A program made the position numbers and the translations under genes. This document shows, in pieces, positions 1-9,644 of a stretch of DNA of 64,000 nt (position 1 is its first letter; each line of letters opens with the position of its first letter). The stretch is from Candidatus Poribacteria bacterium (GTDB lineage Bacteria > Poribacteria > WGA-4E > JAJDTR01). The stretch lies in the NCBI GenBank assembly GCA_965222225.1, contig CBDCTK010000002.1, positions 2,048,001 to 2,112,000 on the forward strand, in the 5' to 3' direction. Below the pieces are notes generated by a model. The model was given only the letters and a program-made list of their open reading frames with translations, had not been told where the DNA came from and made no database searches.

Positions 1-671
1 CGTTGGCGGGCGATAGCGTTCAACTCAGAGCGTACGCTCCGCACGAAGTCTGTCATGAGCGGGGCAAGTTCGCGTTCTCTGCCCAACGGGAAGTTCCAGA
101 TCCAGCGCGAAAAGTCCAGCTCGTAGCCGTCGAAGTCGTGGGCGGCGGCATTGCGGCGGATGAAATTAAGCCGGTGTTCTCGCACTTCGGGGCGCTCGAA
201 GTTGAAGGCGGTACGCAACATACGCTCGACATGTTCTTCGGGTAGATTGCGGTCGTCGGACTTACCGATTAGGTATTCCGGATGTTCCGCTTTTAGGGGA
301 TCGTTGGTTTCCTCCAGGTCAAGCTCATGGTCGTGCAGGTCGTTCATGCGAAGTGAACCCCAGATTTCCATGCGCTTGGCGTGGCAGGCGTTGATGATGA
401 GATCGGTCGCGCGCTGTGATGTACCGAGGGCAGGCCAGATAGGGCCACGGTGTTTGGGGCCCCAGATCGGTCCCCACGGGGGATCGCAGCCGTTTCCGAC
501 ACACCAGACGTATGTGTCGACGTGCGTGTCGAAGGTAGGCGTGGTTCTGGCGTCGATGAACGACTGCTCATCCGTGATGTTGTACCAGTGTTTGCGGCTG
601 CGCTGGTTTGTTTGTTGATAGGCGTCGTCGTTGTAGATGAGGCGTCGTTGGCGGTCTCTATCGAATAGCAT
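1..671 (-). CDS. Putative glycoside hydrolase family 10-like (GHL10/DUF187-type) protein, runs off the window edge
   Basis: Not in the ORF track. ATG at 671 opens MLFDRDRQRRLIYNDDA...IWGSLRMNDLH...FNFERPEVREHRLNFIRR...DFDGYELDFSRW, motifs typical of TIM-barrel GH-like proteins. Confidence 0.7.
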   Translation of the reverse strand, partial: MLFDRDRQRRLIYNDDAYQQTNQRSRKHWYNITDEQSFIDARTTPTFDTHVDTYVWCVGNGCDPPWGPIWGPKHRGPIWPALGTSQRATDLIINACHAKRMEIWGSLRMNDLHDHELDLEETNDPLKAEHPEYLIGKSDDRNLPEEHVERMLRTAFNFERPEVREHRLNFIRRNAAAHDFDGYELDFSRWIWNFPLGRERELAPLMTDFVRSVRSELNAIARQ

Positions 672-846
672 GTGTACCCGATCCTTTTAAATGGTCTATT
701 TTCTAAGAGTATATGGTAAGTGTTGGGTGTCGGTCGCTAACATTGTCTGAACCGTGATTCATGGGATTTTGGGATTACCTTGATTGTCAGTGTTTGGTGG
801 CTGATTGTCTGAATCGCGGATTAGGTTCGGCTAAGCGATATCTCTC

Positions 847-941
847 GTAGAGTCGGGCTAGAAAGGATTTCTATCCGGATTTTCTATCACCCTCCCTGTC
901 CGGTCGGTTGATCGCTATTCGCTCGCTTGATCCCGACCTAC
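847..941 (-). repeat. GTAG-type REP-like element with internal GATCAA/GATAGA modules (copy 1)
   Basis: Ends GTAGAGTCGGG ... CCCGACCTAC are inverted repeats; interior aligns by eye with 44840-44913. Confidence 0.6.
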
Positions 942-1063
942 CGGGGTCATGGAACTATTACGGACCTCAATGTCCCCGTGTCAGCAACAAATTTCTCCCC
1001 GACGCACTTAGACGCATTTTTGGGCTTGCACGACAGCCCCGGCTACTGAAACTGTCCACTGGG

Positions 1064-2341
1064 TTACTGATAAAACCACTCCAATGGATAGATTCGCAGT
1101 ACACGTTCACTGGTTAAGCGGGCCTCCCCGCCTTGCTGTGCCATCCAACCCCGGGAGTAGGTGACATAGACCTTGTCGGCGGCAAAGCAGATGTTAGGAT
1201 AGTAGATGTTCGCGTAATCATCGGGTAGAGTGCCGATATAGTCTTGGGCTCGCACCGGTCGAACAGGATATTCGGCAGGGATGCGCTCGACATCCTCCAA
1301 CCCGGCGCTAAGCTCGAGAGTTTTGAAGTTCTCCCAGGTTGCACCACTGTCTCGGGATATTGCGGCTGATAGCCGCCCCCGGAGATATCCTCGGCGTATC
1401 TCTGCGTGGGAGACCTGATTCCATACACAGATTAAGTCACCTGTCCGGGGGATGCGGCGCAGCCGCGGGGGTGAGTAGGAGCTTGCTAACTCGGTGGGCT
1501 TGACCGCACTCCACGTCTTGCCATCGTCCGCGCTATAACTGTGGAGTATCCTGCCAACGGTCGAGCGAGCGAAAAGTAACACGCGGAGATTGTTGGTTTC
1601 AGCCACCGAGGGCTCATCACAGGGCGTCACTCCACAATTGCCATTGACCACACCCTCGAAATCAAACCAACCCATCAGGCACCCGTATTCCTTAAAGGGA
1701 CTCCACGTCTGCCCTTGGTCGTCGGAGTAGTAAACGAAGGCAATCTCCATCTGGGGGCAGTGACCTTCTCCCTCAACAGAAGCCGGCAGCCCTCTCCAGG
1801 TTCCCCATGCCTCACATTCCGGCACGCGTGACGCGCCGCCTATCGGCAATCCCAAGCCATCGTCGGGATGGTAGCCTCCCAGTACCGTTCTTCGAGGGCA
1901 CAGCATCCTGCCGCCGGACAGCTGGATTATAGTGTCGGACAAGCCGTGTCGAGCAGTATCCAAGGGAATTTGGCGAGGCGCGTCCCATGTTTCTCCTCGG
2001 TCCTGTGATATCCATATGTGGTCGTTACTCGTGAGAGCTATAGCCCCTGAATTGAGGCAGGTCAAGCCGTTTCCACTCACGCCATCGCCGAATGAGCGCG
2101 GCTCGCTCCACGTTTTGCCTTCGTTTGCGGAGTCGCTTCCATTTTGCGCCAGCAGGCTTCCATCGGGTAGCTCCACAAGGCTGCTGACGCCGGTACCGAT
2201 AATTTCGACCACTCCTTCGGGAGGTGGCTTGCGCCAGACTGGCTTGGTTGCTGCCTGTTCAGCGGTTTTGCCGCCAACGGAATTGTATACTAGAGCGCCC
2301 AAAAAATTTGATATTTGCATGGTATGATTTTTCTTGGTCAA
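1064..2341 (-). CDS. BNR/Asp-box repeat sialidase-family (exo-alpha-sialidase-like) protein
   Basis: Asp boxes SQDRGETW, SDDQGQTW, SADDGKTW, SRDSGATW; start codon uncertain. Confidence 0.8.
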   Translation of the reverse strand: MTKKNHTMQISNFLGALVYNSVGGKTAEQAATKPVWRKPPPEGVVEIIGTGVSSLVELPDGSLLAQNGSDSANEGKTWSEPRSFGDGVSGNGLTCLNSGAIALTSNDHIWISQDRGETWDAPRQIPLDTARHGLSDTIIQLSGGRMLCPRRTVLGGYHPDDGLGLPIGGASRVPECEAWGTWRGLPASVEGEGHCPQMEIAFVYYSDDQGQTWSPFKEYGCLMGWFDFEGVVNGNCGVTPCDEPSVAETNNLRVLLFARSTVGRILHSYSADDGKTWSAVKPTELASSYSPPRLRRIPRTGDLICVWNQVSHAEIRRGYLRGRLSAAISRDSGATWENFKTLELSAGLEDVERIPAEYPVRPVRAQDYIGTLPDDYANIYYPNICFAADKVYVTYSRGWMAQQGGEARLTSERVLRIYPLEWFYQ

Positions 2342-2422
2342 GTTGCTATCGGTAAACTTAGCGTCGGTGTTTCTCCTGCCGCCTTGTTTTCAATCCGGGG
2401 ATAGCGGTCATTAAAAGTTAAG

Positions 2423-3669
2423 GGACTTAGTAGTTAACTGCTTTTTGGTCGATTTGCTTGCTTTTCTCTTCTTAATGTACAATAACTTTAGACAGTGTTC
2501 GGAATCTTGATTCACACTAAAATACATCTCTATAAGAGAGAAATGGAGGCATATCATGTTGACCAAGCGTTTGTACATGCTCGCGGGAGCATTGCGGGTT
2601 ATCTGCGGGATTTTAATTTCCAACACTATGGGATTTTCAGCACACCATGATGTTGTCGTTGACAGAATATACCGATAGCCAAACAATTCATGTGGCTCAG
2701 GTGAAGCATTCATCAAAAAATCTTATGAAAATCTCATCATCTTTTCTGCGATTATATTTCCAGCAAGACTCCATGATATACAGTGGCAGCCACTTCTTGC
2801 TGTAGTGATGATGCGTTCCGTAGAATGACCTCTTGACACAAGCCCAAAACGACTCGATGGTGTTGGTGTGAGTTACGCCGTCCTCAGAAACATATCTCTC
2901 TTGGTGATGGATAACATGTCTTTCGATATCTTCGTCCAGACTATTGTAAGAGCGAAATTCATCAGTCATAAGAATAGACTCATCGGGTGAGACATTGCTA
3001 AGGATGAATTCTCTGATATTTTCACCAGATAGAACCTTCATGAATTTAGCAACCACCCGACCGCCTCTCTCGACTACGCCGATGACGGGAGATTTATTTG
3101 TGCCTCTACCTCTCTTAGATTTTGCTCTGGGTTTGCCGCCGACATAGGTTTCGTCCGCTTCAACTATCCCTTTCAGCAATTCATCACTATCACTCATTTT
3201 CTCACGGAGGCGCATTGCCATATACCAAGCGGACTTTTGATTCATGTCCAAGTCACGAGCAAGCTGACAACTCGATATGCTTTTCTTGGCATTGGAAAGA
3301 ATTGAGATAGCCAAAAACCATTTCTGGAGAGGTATCTTGGTACCATGGAAGATGGTTCCTGCTGTAGCCGAAAAGCTAGATTCACAATCGTAGCAATTCC
3401 AACCAGTAGTAATGTCGTTTTTGTTCTTGCGTCCAACTTTTTCACTGCCACAGTGGATACAGCAAACACCGTCCTTCCAACGTTTTTCCTCTATAAATCT
3501 GAGACAAGATTCTTGATTTGGAAACTCTTTCATAAGATTCAAAATGTCCATAGCAAACTCCTACGAGAAGAATAGTCACTATGGACATCTACGTGTGACG
3601 AAAAGATTTACGACAGGGTACCAAGTTTTATGTTTGTCGTCAGTCTAAAAGCTACAAGCTACTAATTCC
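2423..3669 (-). mobile_element. IS1595-family insertion sequence (~1.25 kb)
   Basis: Imperfect ~25-bp terminal inverted repeats GGACTTAGTAGTTAACTGCTTTTTG / GGAATTAGTAGCTTGTAGCTTTTAG around the transposase; AT-rich; no target duplication seen. Confidence 0.75.
2697..3551 (-). CDS. IS1595-family (ISXO2-like) DDE transposase
   Basis: N-terminal Zn ribbon (CIHC...CYDC), VEADETYVGG, LMTDE, HTNTIESFW motifs. Confidence 0.93.
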   Translation of the reverse strand: MDILNLMKEFPNQESCLRFIEEKRWKDGVCCIHCGSEKVGRKNKNDITTGWNCYDCESSFSATAGTIFHGTKIPLQKWFLAISILSNAKKSISSCQLARDLDMNQKSAWYMAMRLREKMSDSDELLKGIVEADETYVGGKPRAKSKRGRGTNKSPVIGVVERGGRVVAKFMKVLSGENIREFILSNVSPDESILMTDEFRSYNSLDEDIERHVIHHQERYVSEDGVTHTNTIESFWACVKRSFYGTHHHYSKKWLPLYIMESCWKYNRRKDDEIFIRFFDECFT

Positions 3670-3897
3670 GAATTTATAAGCAAAGCCGGCACAGACTCCT
3701 CCGATTGTCTTCCTTTCTGTAATACGCACGAACTTTGGATGGCCTGCCGCTGTTTTCGGCGAGGTATCGGCTGGGCCGCGTTTGTCTAGAAAATTGGCAA
3801 CGACCAGGAGGACAACAAGAAAAAACAGTCCGAATATGATAGGGATCCAATAAAGTGTATGAAGATTTAAGAAACTGTCCCAAATATCCATATTCAT
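3652..3897 (-). pseudogene. PspC-domain membrane protein truncated by the IS1595 end
   Basis: TM helix followed by RITERKTIGGVCAGFAYKFGI (first half of PspC), then stops inside the IS terminal repeat; RBS GGAAGGA before ATG 3897. Confidence 0.7.
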
Positions 3898-3962
3898 CGT
3901 TTCCTTCCAAGAACTCGGTGCTTTCAATCGTGTGCCGCAGCGCAGTTTGATTCGAAAGACGA

Positions 3963-6005
3963 TTACTGAGAAATCTGTTCCACGGTGAATCCGTTCCAGA
4001 CCCAGTGGTTGTGCATCCCTGCTTCCGGTACACGCTGGTTCGGTCTAAAGATAATTTGGGTAAGGCGCTCGTCAGTCACCGCAATCTCGTAGGTATGTTC
4101 AACGATTTCGTTCCCGGACGGGACAATTAGTTTCTTAATCACCTGCTTGCCGTTGGCAAGTAAGTTCACCTGATGTCCCCGATCTTCGGCCGAACAGAAT
4201 ATGTTCGTCACGCGATATGTCCCGTTTGGTAAATCGAGCTTAAACGCCGCATCGTGCCTATCCCAGACGGAATCTCGGTAGTCCGGAGAAAGTTCGTCAT
4301 TCCCCCTGTGATGACTGTGCGGTGACTGGGTTTTCCAACCGAATCTGCCCCTGTCGTAGCGGAGATCCTTGTGGACAGCGTGACAGCCTTCAGCCGTTTG
4401 TCCCTCGGGATGTTGCATGTCGAACCGAATTATCTTGTGACCATCGGCGGTTTCACTCCAGATTGACAGGTCGGGGGACTCCGCCATTTTCCGCCGGAAG
4501 AGCATGAGGTTCTTGGTCTCGTGGATGAGGTCAAAATCTCTCTTGAGATCGTCAAATTTTTCCTCGGGTGGTAGTGCCCATGCAACAGTGTAATCCTCGC
4601 GCCCACCATAGGTGTGTTGGTGCAAACGGTTGATTGGAAAATAGTCAAAATTTGCCTCGTAATTCACTAAATGGCACACATCCTCGGCGTATACTCCGTA
4701 GAGTGCCGTTGAATGGACGAACGGTGAGACATACTTTACCTCTCCAAGTGCGTCGGACTTGTGCCAGTTATTGCCGCGCACGCTGTATGTTGAGTGCGGT
4801 TCGATTAGACGTGCTCCTGACACGAGTTCTGCGATTTCCGGGCTGAGTCGGGCTATGTCATAGGTAGTGCGCCCAAGATGTAGCAGGCAGATGACAATTA
4901 CAGCTGCCGCAAATCCGTAGCGCAGCCATTTCCACATGTCGGCGACGAGCCACGGGGCAAGCATTAAAAGAATGTAGAAGTGTATCCGGTCGTTAATCCA
5001 GCCTCCCGGACCAAACCCCCACGGCGCCTTGATGAACATGATTGTGAAGACAATCGCGATGACCAAAAACACATCGCTATTTCGTATCCACTGTCTTCGG
5101 ATAATCCGATACACTAAAGAAGTGACAATTGCAAGTCCCAGAATCACGAGCAGTAAATGATGTACTCTTATGTGCCAATCGGTAAAGTAGACGATTGACT
5201 TAACGCCCCAAAAGTAGTCCTTTATCCACTCCATCCCTCTATGGTGACCGCCTTGATGGTCACTAAGGCTCTTAAGGTAGTAGTCCGCTAGGACAAAATA
5301 GACGGGAATCATGTATAGCCCGAACCGCAACAGCGGCTTCACGCCCGCCCAAAAACGCTCTGCGATACCTGCGACACCCTCCTTCCGTGCATACCAAGCG
5401 TCGGCGATAGCAGCGAATCCCCAAAGGCAACCCGCAGCTAGAGACAGACCTATTAACAGCAGACCGTAAGAAGCAATATGCGAAAGATAGGTGAGCAGCA
5501 GTAGAATGTACAGAACAATGAGATGATTCACACGGATGTCGTCTTTGTGTCGCCACCAGTATCCGAAACTGAAAAAGAACAACGAGGTGCTTAGGGCAAA
5601 GTTGTAGAATCCCATGAAGAGGAGATAGTTGTAGGTGAAAAGGAAGCCGAGCCAAGCAAAAACGAATCCGCGTTTATGGACTGCGTCAAGGAGATAGAAA
5701 AATGAGATTGGAACAAGACCAACCGCCAAGGTGAGAAGGATTTTCTCGGCAACGATGGGCGGAAAGACATAGAGGAAGGCGGCGAGCATGAGATGCGACA
5801 ACCAGTTTGGAAAGATAGTGATGTTCAACTTCCAAACATCACGCATTGTATAATTCTCGTGCTTGTGATGCTCCTTCAATGTGAGCGCGTTGTAGATGTG
5901 GCTAGGCCCATCTTGTGATGGGAAATACGTGAAAATCCAAAGCGGTAAAAGATGCAGGATGAGTAAGAGGACAAAAAGGGATTTCCAATTCATCAGTTTC
6001 AACAT
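3963..6005 (-). CDS. Polytopic membrane protein, GT-C-like glycosyltransferase with C-terminal beta-sandwich carbohydrate-binding-like domain (paralog A, 680 aa)
   Basis: Many TM helices, acidic loop motif SQDGPSH after TM1, soluble C-terminus AAFKLDLPNGTYRVT; RBS GAGG before ATG 6005. Confidence 0.6.
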   Translation of the reverse strand: MLKLMNWKSLFVLLLILHLLPLWIFTYFPSQDGPSHIYNALTLKEHHKHENYTMRDVWKLNITIFPNWLSHLMLAAFLYVFPPIVAEKILLTLAVGLVPISFFYLLDAVHKRGFVFAWLGFLFTYNYLLFMGFYNFALSTSLFFFSFGYWWRHKDDIRVNHLIVLYILLLLTYLSHIASYGLLLIGLSLAAGCLWGFAAIADAWYARKEGVAGIAERFWAGVKPLLRFGLYMIPVYFVLADYYLKSLSDHQGGHHRGMEWIKDYFWGVKSIVYFTDWHIRVHHLLLVILGLAIVTSLVYRIIRRQWIRNSDVFLVIAIVFTIMFIKAPWGFGPGGWINDRIHFYILLMLAPWLVADMWKWLRYGFAAAVIVICLLHLGRTTYDIARLSPEIAELVSGARLIEPHSTYSVRGNNWHKSDALGEVKYVSPFVHSTALYGVYAEDVCHLVNYEANFDYFPINRLHQHTYGGREDYTVAWALPPEEKFDDLKRDFDLIHETKNLMLFRRKMAESPDLSIWSETADGHKIIRFDMQHPEGQTAEGCHAVHKDLRYDRGRFGWKTQSPHSHHRGNDELSPDYRDSVWDRHDAAFKLDLPNGTYRVTNIFCSAEDRGHQVNLLANGKQVIKKLIVPSGNEIVEHTYEIAVTDERLTQIIFRPNQRVPEAGMHNHWVWNGFTVEQISQ

Positions 6006-6139
6006 GCTTTTTCCTCTGTCTCCATGCACCTTAACTTTCGGAAACTGAAAGCGAACTATTTCCCGCAAGGATAGCATCTCTTTTGCCTTTTAACTAGCAC
6101 AAGTCGTTATATAGGTTCGACTTTTGATGCAAATCGCTA

Positions 6140-8182
6140 TCACTCGGAAATCTGTTCCACCGTGAATCCGTTCCAGACCCAGTGGTTGTGCATCCCCGCT
6201 TCTGGCACACGCAGGTTCGGTCTGTAGATAATCTGTGTAAGATGCTTGTCGGTTACCTCAATTTCGTAGGAATGTTCAATGGTTTCATTCCCGGCCGGGA
6301 CAATCAGTTTCTTAATCATCCGCTTCCCGTTGGCAAGCAAGTTCACCTGATGCCCCCAATCTTCAGCCGAACAGAATATATTCGTCACGCGATATCTCCC
6401 GTTCGGAAGGTCGAGCTTAAACGCCGCATCGTGCCTATCCCAGACGGAATCTCGGCAGTCCGGTGAGAGTTCGGCATTGCCCCCGTGATGGCTCTGCGGC
6501 GACTGAGTCTTCCAGCCGAATCTGCCGCTCACGTAGCCAAGGTTCCTGTGGACAGCGTGATAGCCTTCAGCCGTCTGTCCCTCAGGTGGCTGCATGTCGA
6601 ACTGAATGACTCGGCGACCGTCGGCGGTTTCACTCCAGAGAGACGGGTCGAGGGCTTCAGCCTGCTTCCGTTGAAAAAGCTTGAGGTTCTTGGTCTCGTG
6701 GATTAAGTCGTAATCCTTCTTTAGATTCTCGAATTTCTCCCCAGGCGGATATGCCCATGCGATAACGTAGTCCTCACGCCCGCCGTAGGTATGTTGGTGA
6801 AAACGGTTGATTGGAAAATAGTTGTGTTTTGCCTCGTAATTCGCCAGATGGCACACATCGTCGGCATAAAGCCCGTAGTAGGCCATGGAATGGCCGAATG
6901 GTGCGACGTATTTGACGCTTCCAAGTGCGTCGGACTTATGCCAGTCCCGGACGCGCATTCCGTATGTCATGTGCGGTTTGATGAAATGCGCCCCGGACGC
7001 TTGTTCTGCGATTTCCGGGCTGAGTCGGGCTATGTCATAGGTAGTGCGCCCAAGATGTAGCAGGCAGATGACAATTACAGCTGCCGCAAATCCGTAGCGC
7101 AGCCATTTCCACATGTCGGCGACGAGCCACGGGGCAAGCATTAAAAGAATGTAGAAATGTATCCGGTCGTTAATCCAGCCTCCCGGACCAAACCCCCACG
7201 GCGCCTTGATGAACATGATTGTGAAGACAATCGCGATGACCAAAAACACATCGCTATTTCGTATCCACTGTCTTCGGATAATCCGATACACTAAAGAAGT
7301 GACAATTGCAAGTCCCAGAATCACGAGCAGTACATGATGTACTCTTATGTGCCAATCGGTAAAGTAGACGATTGACTTAACGCCCCAAAAGTAGTCCTTT
7401 ATCCACTCCATCCCTCTATGGTGACCGCCTTGATGGTCACTAAGGCTCTTAAGGTAGTAATCCGCTAGGACAAAATACACCGGAATCATGTATAGCCCGA
7501 ACCGCACTAGCGGTTTCAGCCCCGCCCAAAGTTGCGCTGTTATCCGCGCCACCCCCTCTCTCCGGGTACGCCAAGCGGCTGCGACAGCGGAACCTCCCCA
7601 AAGGCAACCCGCAGCTAGAGACAGACCTATTAACAGCAGACCGTAAGAAGCAATATGCGAAAGATAGGTGAGCAGCAGTAGAATGTACAGAACAATGAGA
7701 TGATTCACACGGATGTCGTCTTTGTGTCGCCACCAGTATCCGAAACTGAAAAAGAACAACGAGGTGCTTAGGGCAAAGTTGTAGAATCCCATGAAGAGGA
7801 GATAGTTGTAGGTGAAAAGGAAGCCGAGCCAAGCAAAAACGAATCCGCGTTTATGGACTGCGTCAAGGAGATAGAAAAATGAGATTGGAACAAGACCAAC
7901 CGCCAAGGTGAGAAGGATTTTCTCGGCAACGATGGGCGGAAAGACGTAGAGGAAGGCGGCAAGCATGAGATGCGACAACCAGTTTGGAAAGATAGTGATG
8001 TTCAACTTCCAAACATCACGCATTGTATAATTCTCGTGCTTGTGATGCTCCTTCAATGTGAGCGCGTTGTAGATGTGGCTAGGCCCATCTTGTGATGGGA
8101 AATACGTGAAAATCCAAAGCGGTAAAAGATGCAGGATGAGTAAGAGGACAAAAAGGGATTTCCAATTCATCAGTTTCAACAT
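6140..8182 (-). CDS. Polytopic membrane protein, GT-C-like (paralog B, 680 aa)
   Basis: Collinear with paralog A at a constant 2177-bp offset; RBS GAGG before ATG 8182. Confidence 0.6.
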   Translation of the reverse strand: MLKLMNWKSLFVLLLILHLLPLWIFTYFPSQDGPSHIYNALTLKEHHKHENYTMRDVWKLNITIFPNWLSHLMLAAFLYVFPPIVAEKILLTLAVGLVPISFFYLLDAVHKRGFVFAWLGFLFTYNYLLFMGFYNFALSTSLFFFSFGYWWRHKDDIRVNHLIVLYILLLLTYLSHIASYGLLLIGLSLAAGCLWGGSAVAAAWRTRREGVARITAQLWAGLKPLVRFGLYMIPVYFVLADYYLKSLSDHQGGHHRGMEWIKDYFWGVKSIVYFTDWHIRVHHVLLVILGLAIVTSLVYRIIRRQWIRNSDVFLVIAIVFTIMFIKAPWGFGPGGWINDRIHFYILLMLAPWLVADMWKWLRYGFAAAVIVICLLHLGRTTYDIARLSPEIAEQASGAHFIKPHMTYGMRVRDWHKSDALGSVKYVAPFGHSMAYYGLYADDVCHLANYEAKHNYFPINRFHQHTYGGREDYVIAWAYPPGEKFENLKKDYDLIHETKNLKLFQRKQAEALDPSLWSETADGRRVIQFDMQPPEGQTAEGYHAVHRNLGYVSGRFGWKTQSPQSHHGGNAELSPDCRDSVWDRHDAAFKLDLPNGRYRVTNIFCSAEDWGHQVNLLANGKRMIKKLIVPAGNETIEHSYEIEVTDKHLTQIIYRPNLRVPEAGMHNHWVWNGFTVEQISE

Positions 8183-8429
8183 GCTCAATTCCTCAGGTTC
8201 CACGCACTGTAAGTTTCAGAAACTCAAATCGAACTCCCGCGAGTGCAGCGCCTCTCCGCGCTCAGGGCATACTAAGCCCACCAACCAACGCTTGGTTAAC
8301 CAACCGGACAGGGAACATTTCTGGTTTTTTGCGTGCGCTTGGCCATTGTACTGACGGGTGGAATTACGCATATCCAATGACATGTTGTCGCTATGCCTAT
8401 CGGAAATTGGGCGCTCGGATAAGGCTGGT

Positions 8430-9623
8430 TCAGAGGTGACGAGGCTGAAAACACTTCCGATACAGCGCTACAATCTCTTCTTTCGTCGGGTGGCGGGGAT
8501 TGTTAGCAGGACTTCCGCTAGCGAGTGCATCCAATGCCATCTGATCCGCCACAGCTTCAAACTCGTCCCGATTAATACCAATCTCCCCAAATCGCGGCAT
8601 TCGAAGGTCGTTGATTAAGCGTTCAGCGCTTGCGATTGCTGCGTCCGCCTGACGCATCAGAGATAATCCGTCAATTGGTTCACCCATCGCGCGAGCAATG
8701 TCGGCAAAACGGTCCGGAGCCCCAACTACGCTGTATTCCATAACATCAAGCAGCAAGACAGCATTGGATAAACCGTGGTGAACGTGGAAATAAGCCCCGA
8801 TTGGTCGGGACATTCCGTGCACGAGCGCCACAGAAGAATTGCTAAATGCCATGCCAGCGATTGACGCTGCGATCATCATTTCAGTTCGTGCCTTGATGTT
8901 TTCGCCATCCGCCCAAGCTTGACGCAGTGAACCCGAAATCATGCGGATTGCTTTCAACGCTAGAGCATTGGTAATGGGTTGCGCTCGCTTGGAAATGTAG
9001 GCTTCAATCGCGTGGGTCAGCGCATCCACTCCTACCGCACTGGTCAAATGCGGCGGAGTGGTCAGTGACAAGAGCGGATCTACTATTGCGACCTGTGCCA
9101 TCAGACATGGGCTACTGAGCATCATCTTCACGTTGTGCTCGGTGTCGGTGATGACCGTTGCTTTTGTGCACTCGCTACCGGTGCCTGCCGTGGTGGGAAT
9201 AGCGATGAGGGGAGCACCGGGGTTGGGAATCTTGTCCACTCCCATGAAATCGACCAACTCACCGTCATTGGTTAGTTTAATTGCGATACCCTTGCCACAA
9301 TCGATCGCACTTCCGCCGCCAATGCTTATGATGAGTTCGCACCCTTCGTCCCGATACTGTTCTAGTCCATCGTTGACGTTCTGCAGAGTCGGATCGGGCG
9401 TGACATCCGAGAAAAGCGATGCAGCAATACCAACGCCCCGAAGTCGGCTTACAAGCTCATCGGCGTATCCCAGTTTAACGATTCCAATATCGGTCACGAC
9501 CAACGCGGTACGGGCGTCCAACCGTTTTGCCTGTTCGCCTGCTTGCTCAGCGGCGCCAATTCCGGTGATAACAGTCGCCGGAATCATAAACGACGCTGTC
9601 GCTGGCGGTAGTTGGTTCATCAT
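8430..9623 (-). CDS. Iron-containing alcohol dehydrogenase
   Basis: GGGSAID, PTTAGTGSE, DALTHAIE, HGMSR..HHGLSNA motifs. Confidence 0.92.
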   Translation of the reverse strand: MMNQLPPATASFMIPATVITGIGAAEQAGEQAKRLDARTALVVTDIGIVKLGYADELVSRLRGVGIAASLFSDVTPDPTLQNVNDGLEQYRDEGCELIISIGGGSAIDCGKGIAIKLTNDGELVDFMGVDKIPNPGAPLIAIPTTAGTGSECTKATVITDTEHNVKMMLSSPCLMAQVAIVDPLLSLTTPPHLTSAVGVDALTHAIEAYISKRAQPITNALALKAIRMISGSLRQAWADGENIKARTEMMIAASIAGMAFSNSSVALVHGMSRPIGAYFHVHHGLSNAVLLLDVMEYSVVGAPDRFADIARAMGEPIDGLSLMRQADAAIASAERLINDLRMPRFGEIGINRDEFEAVADQMALDALASGSPANNPRHPTKEEIVALYRKCFQPRHL

Positions 9624-9644
9624 CTGCAGGATTGAATTTCAAAT

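Noticed and set aside
743-825. TTGTCTGAA..G.GATT short repeats
   Set aside because: Two degenerate intergenic copies of a likely common repeat; too short and irregular to be an array
3963-8182. Diversity-generating retroelement (TR/VR) explanation of the duplicated genes
   Set aside because: There is no reverse transcriptase, the differences are not adenine-specific, and both copies are full-length genes
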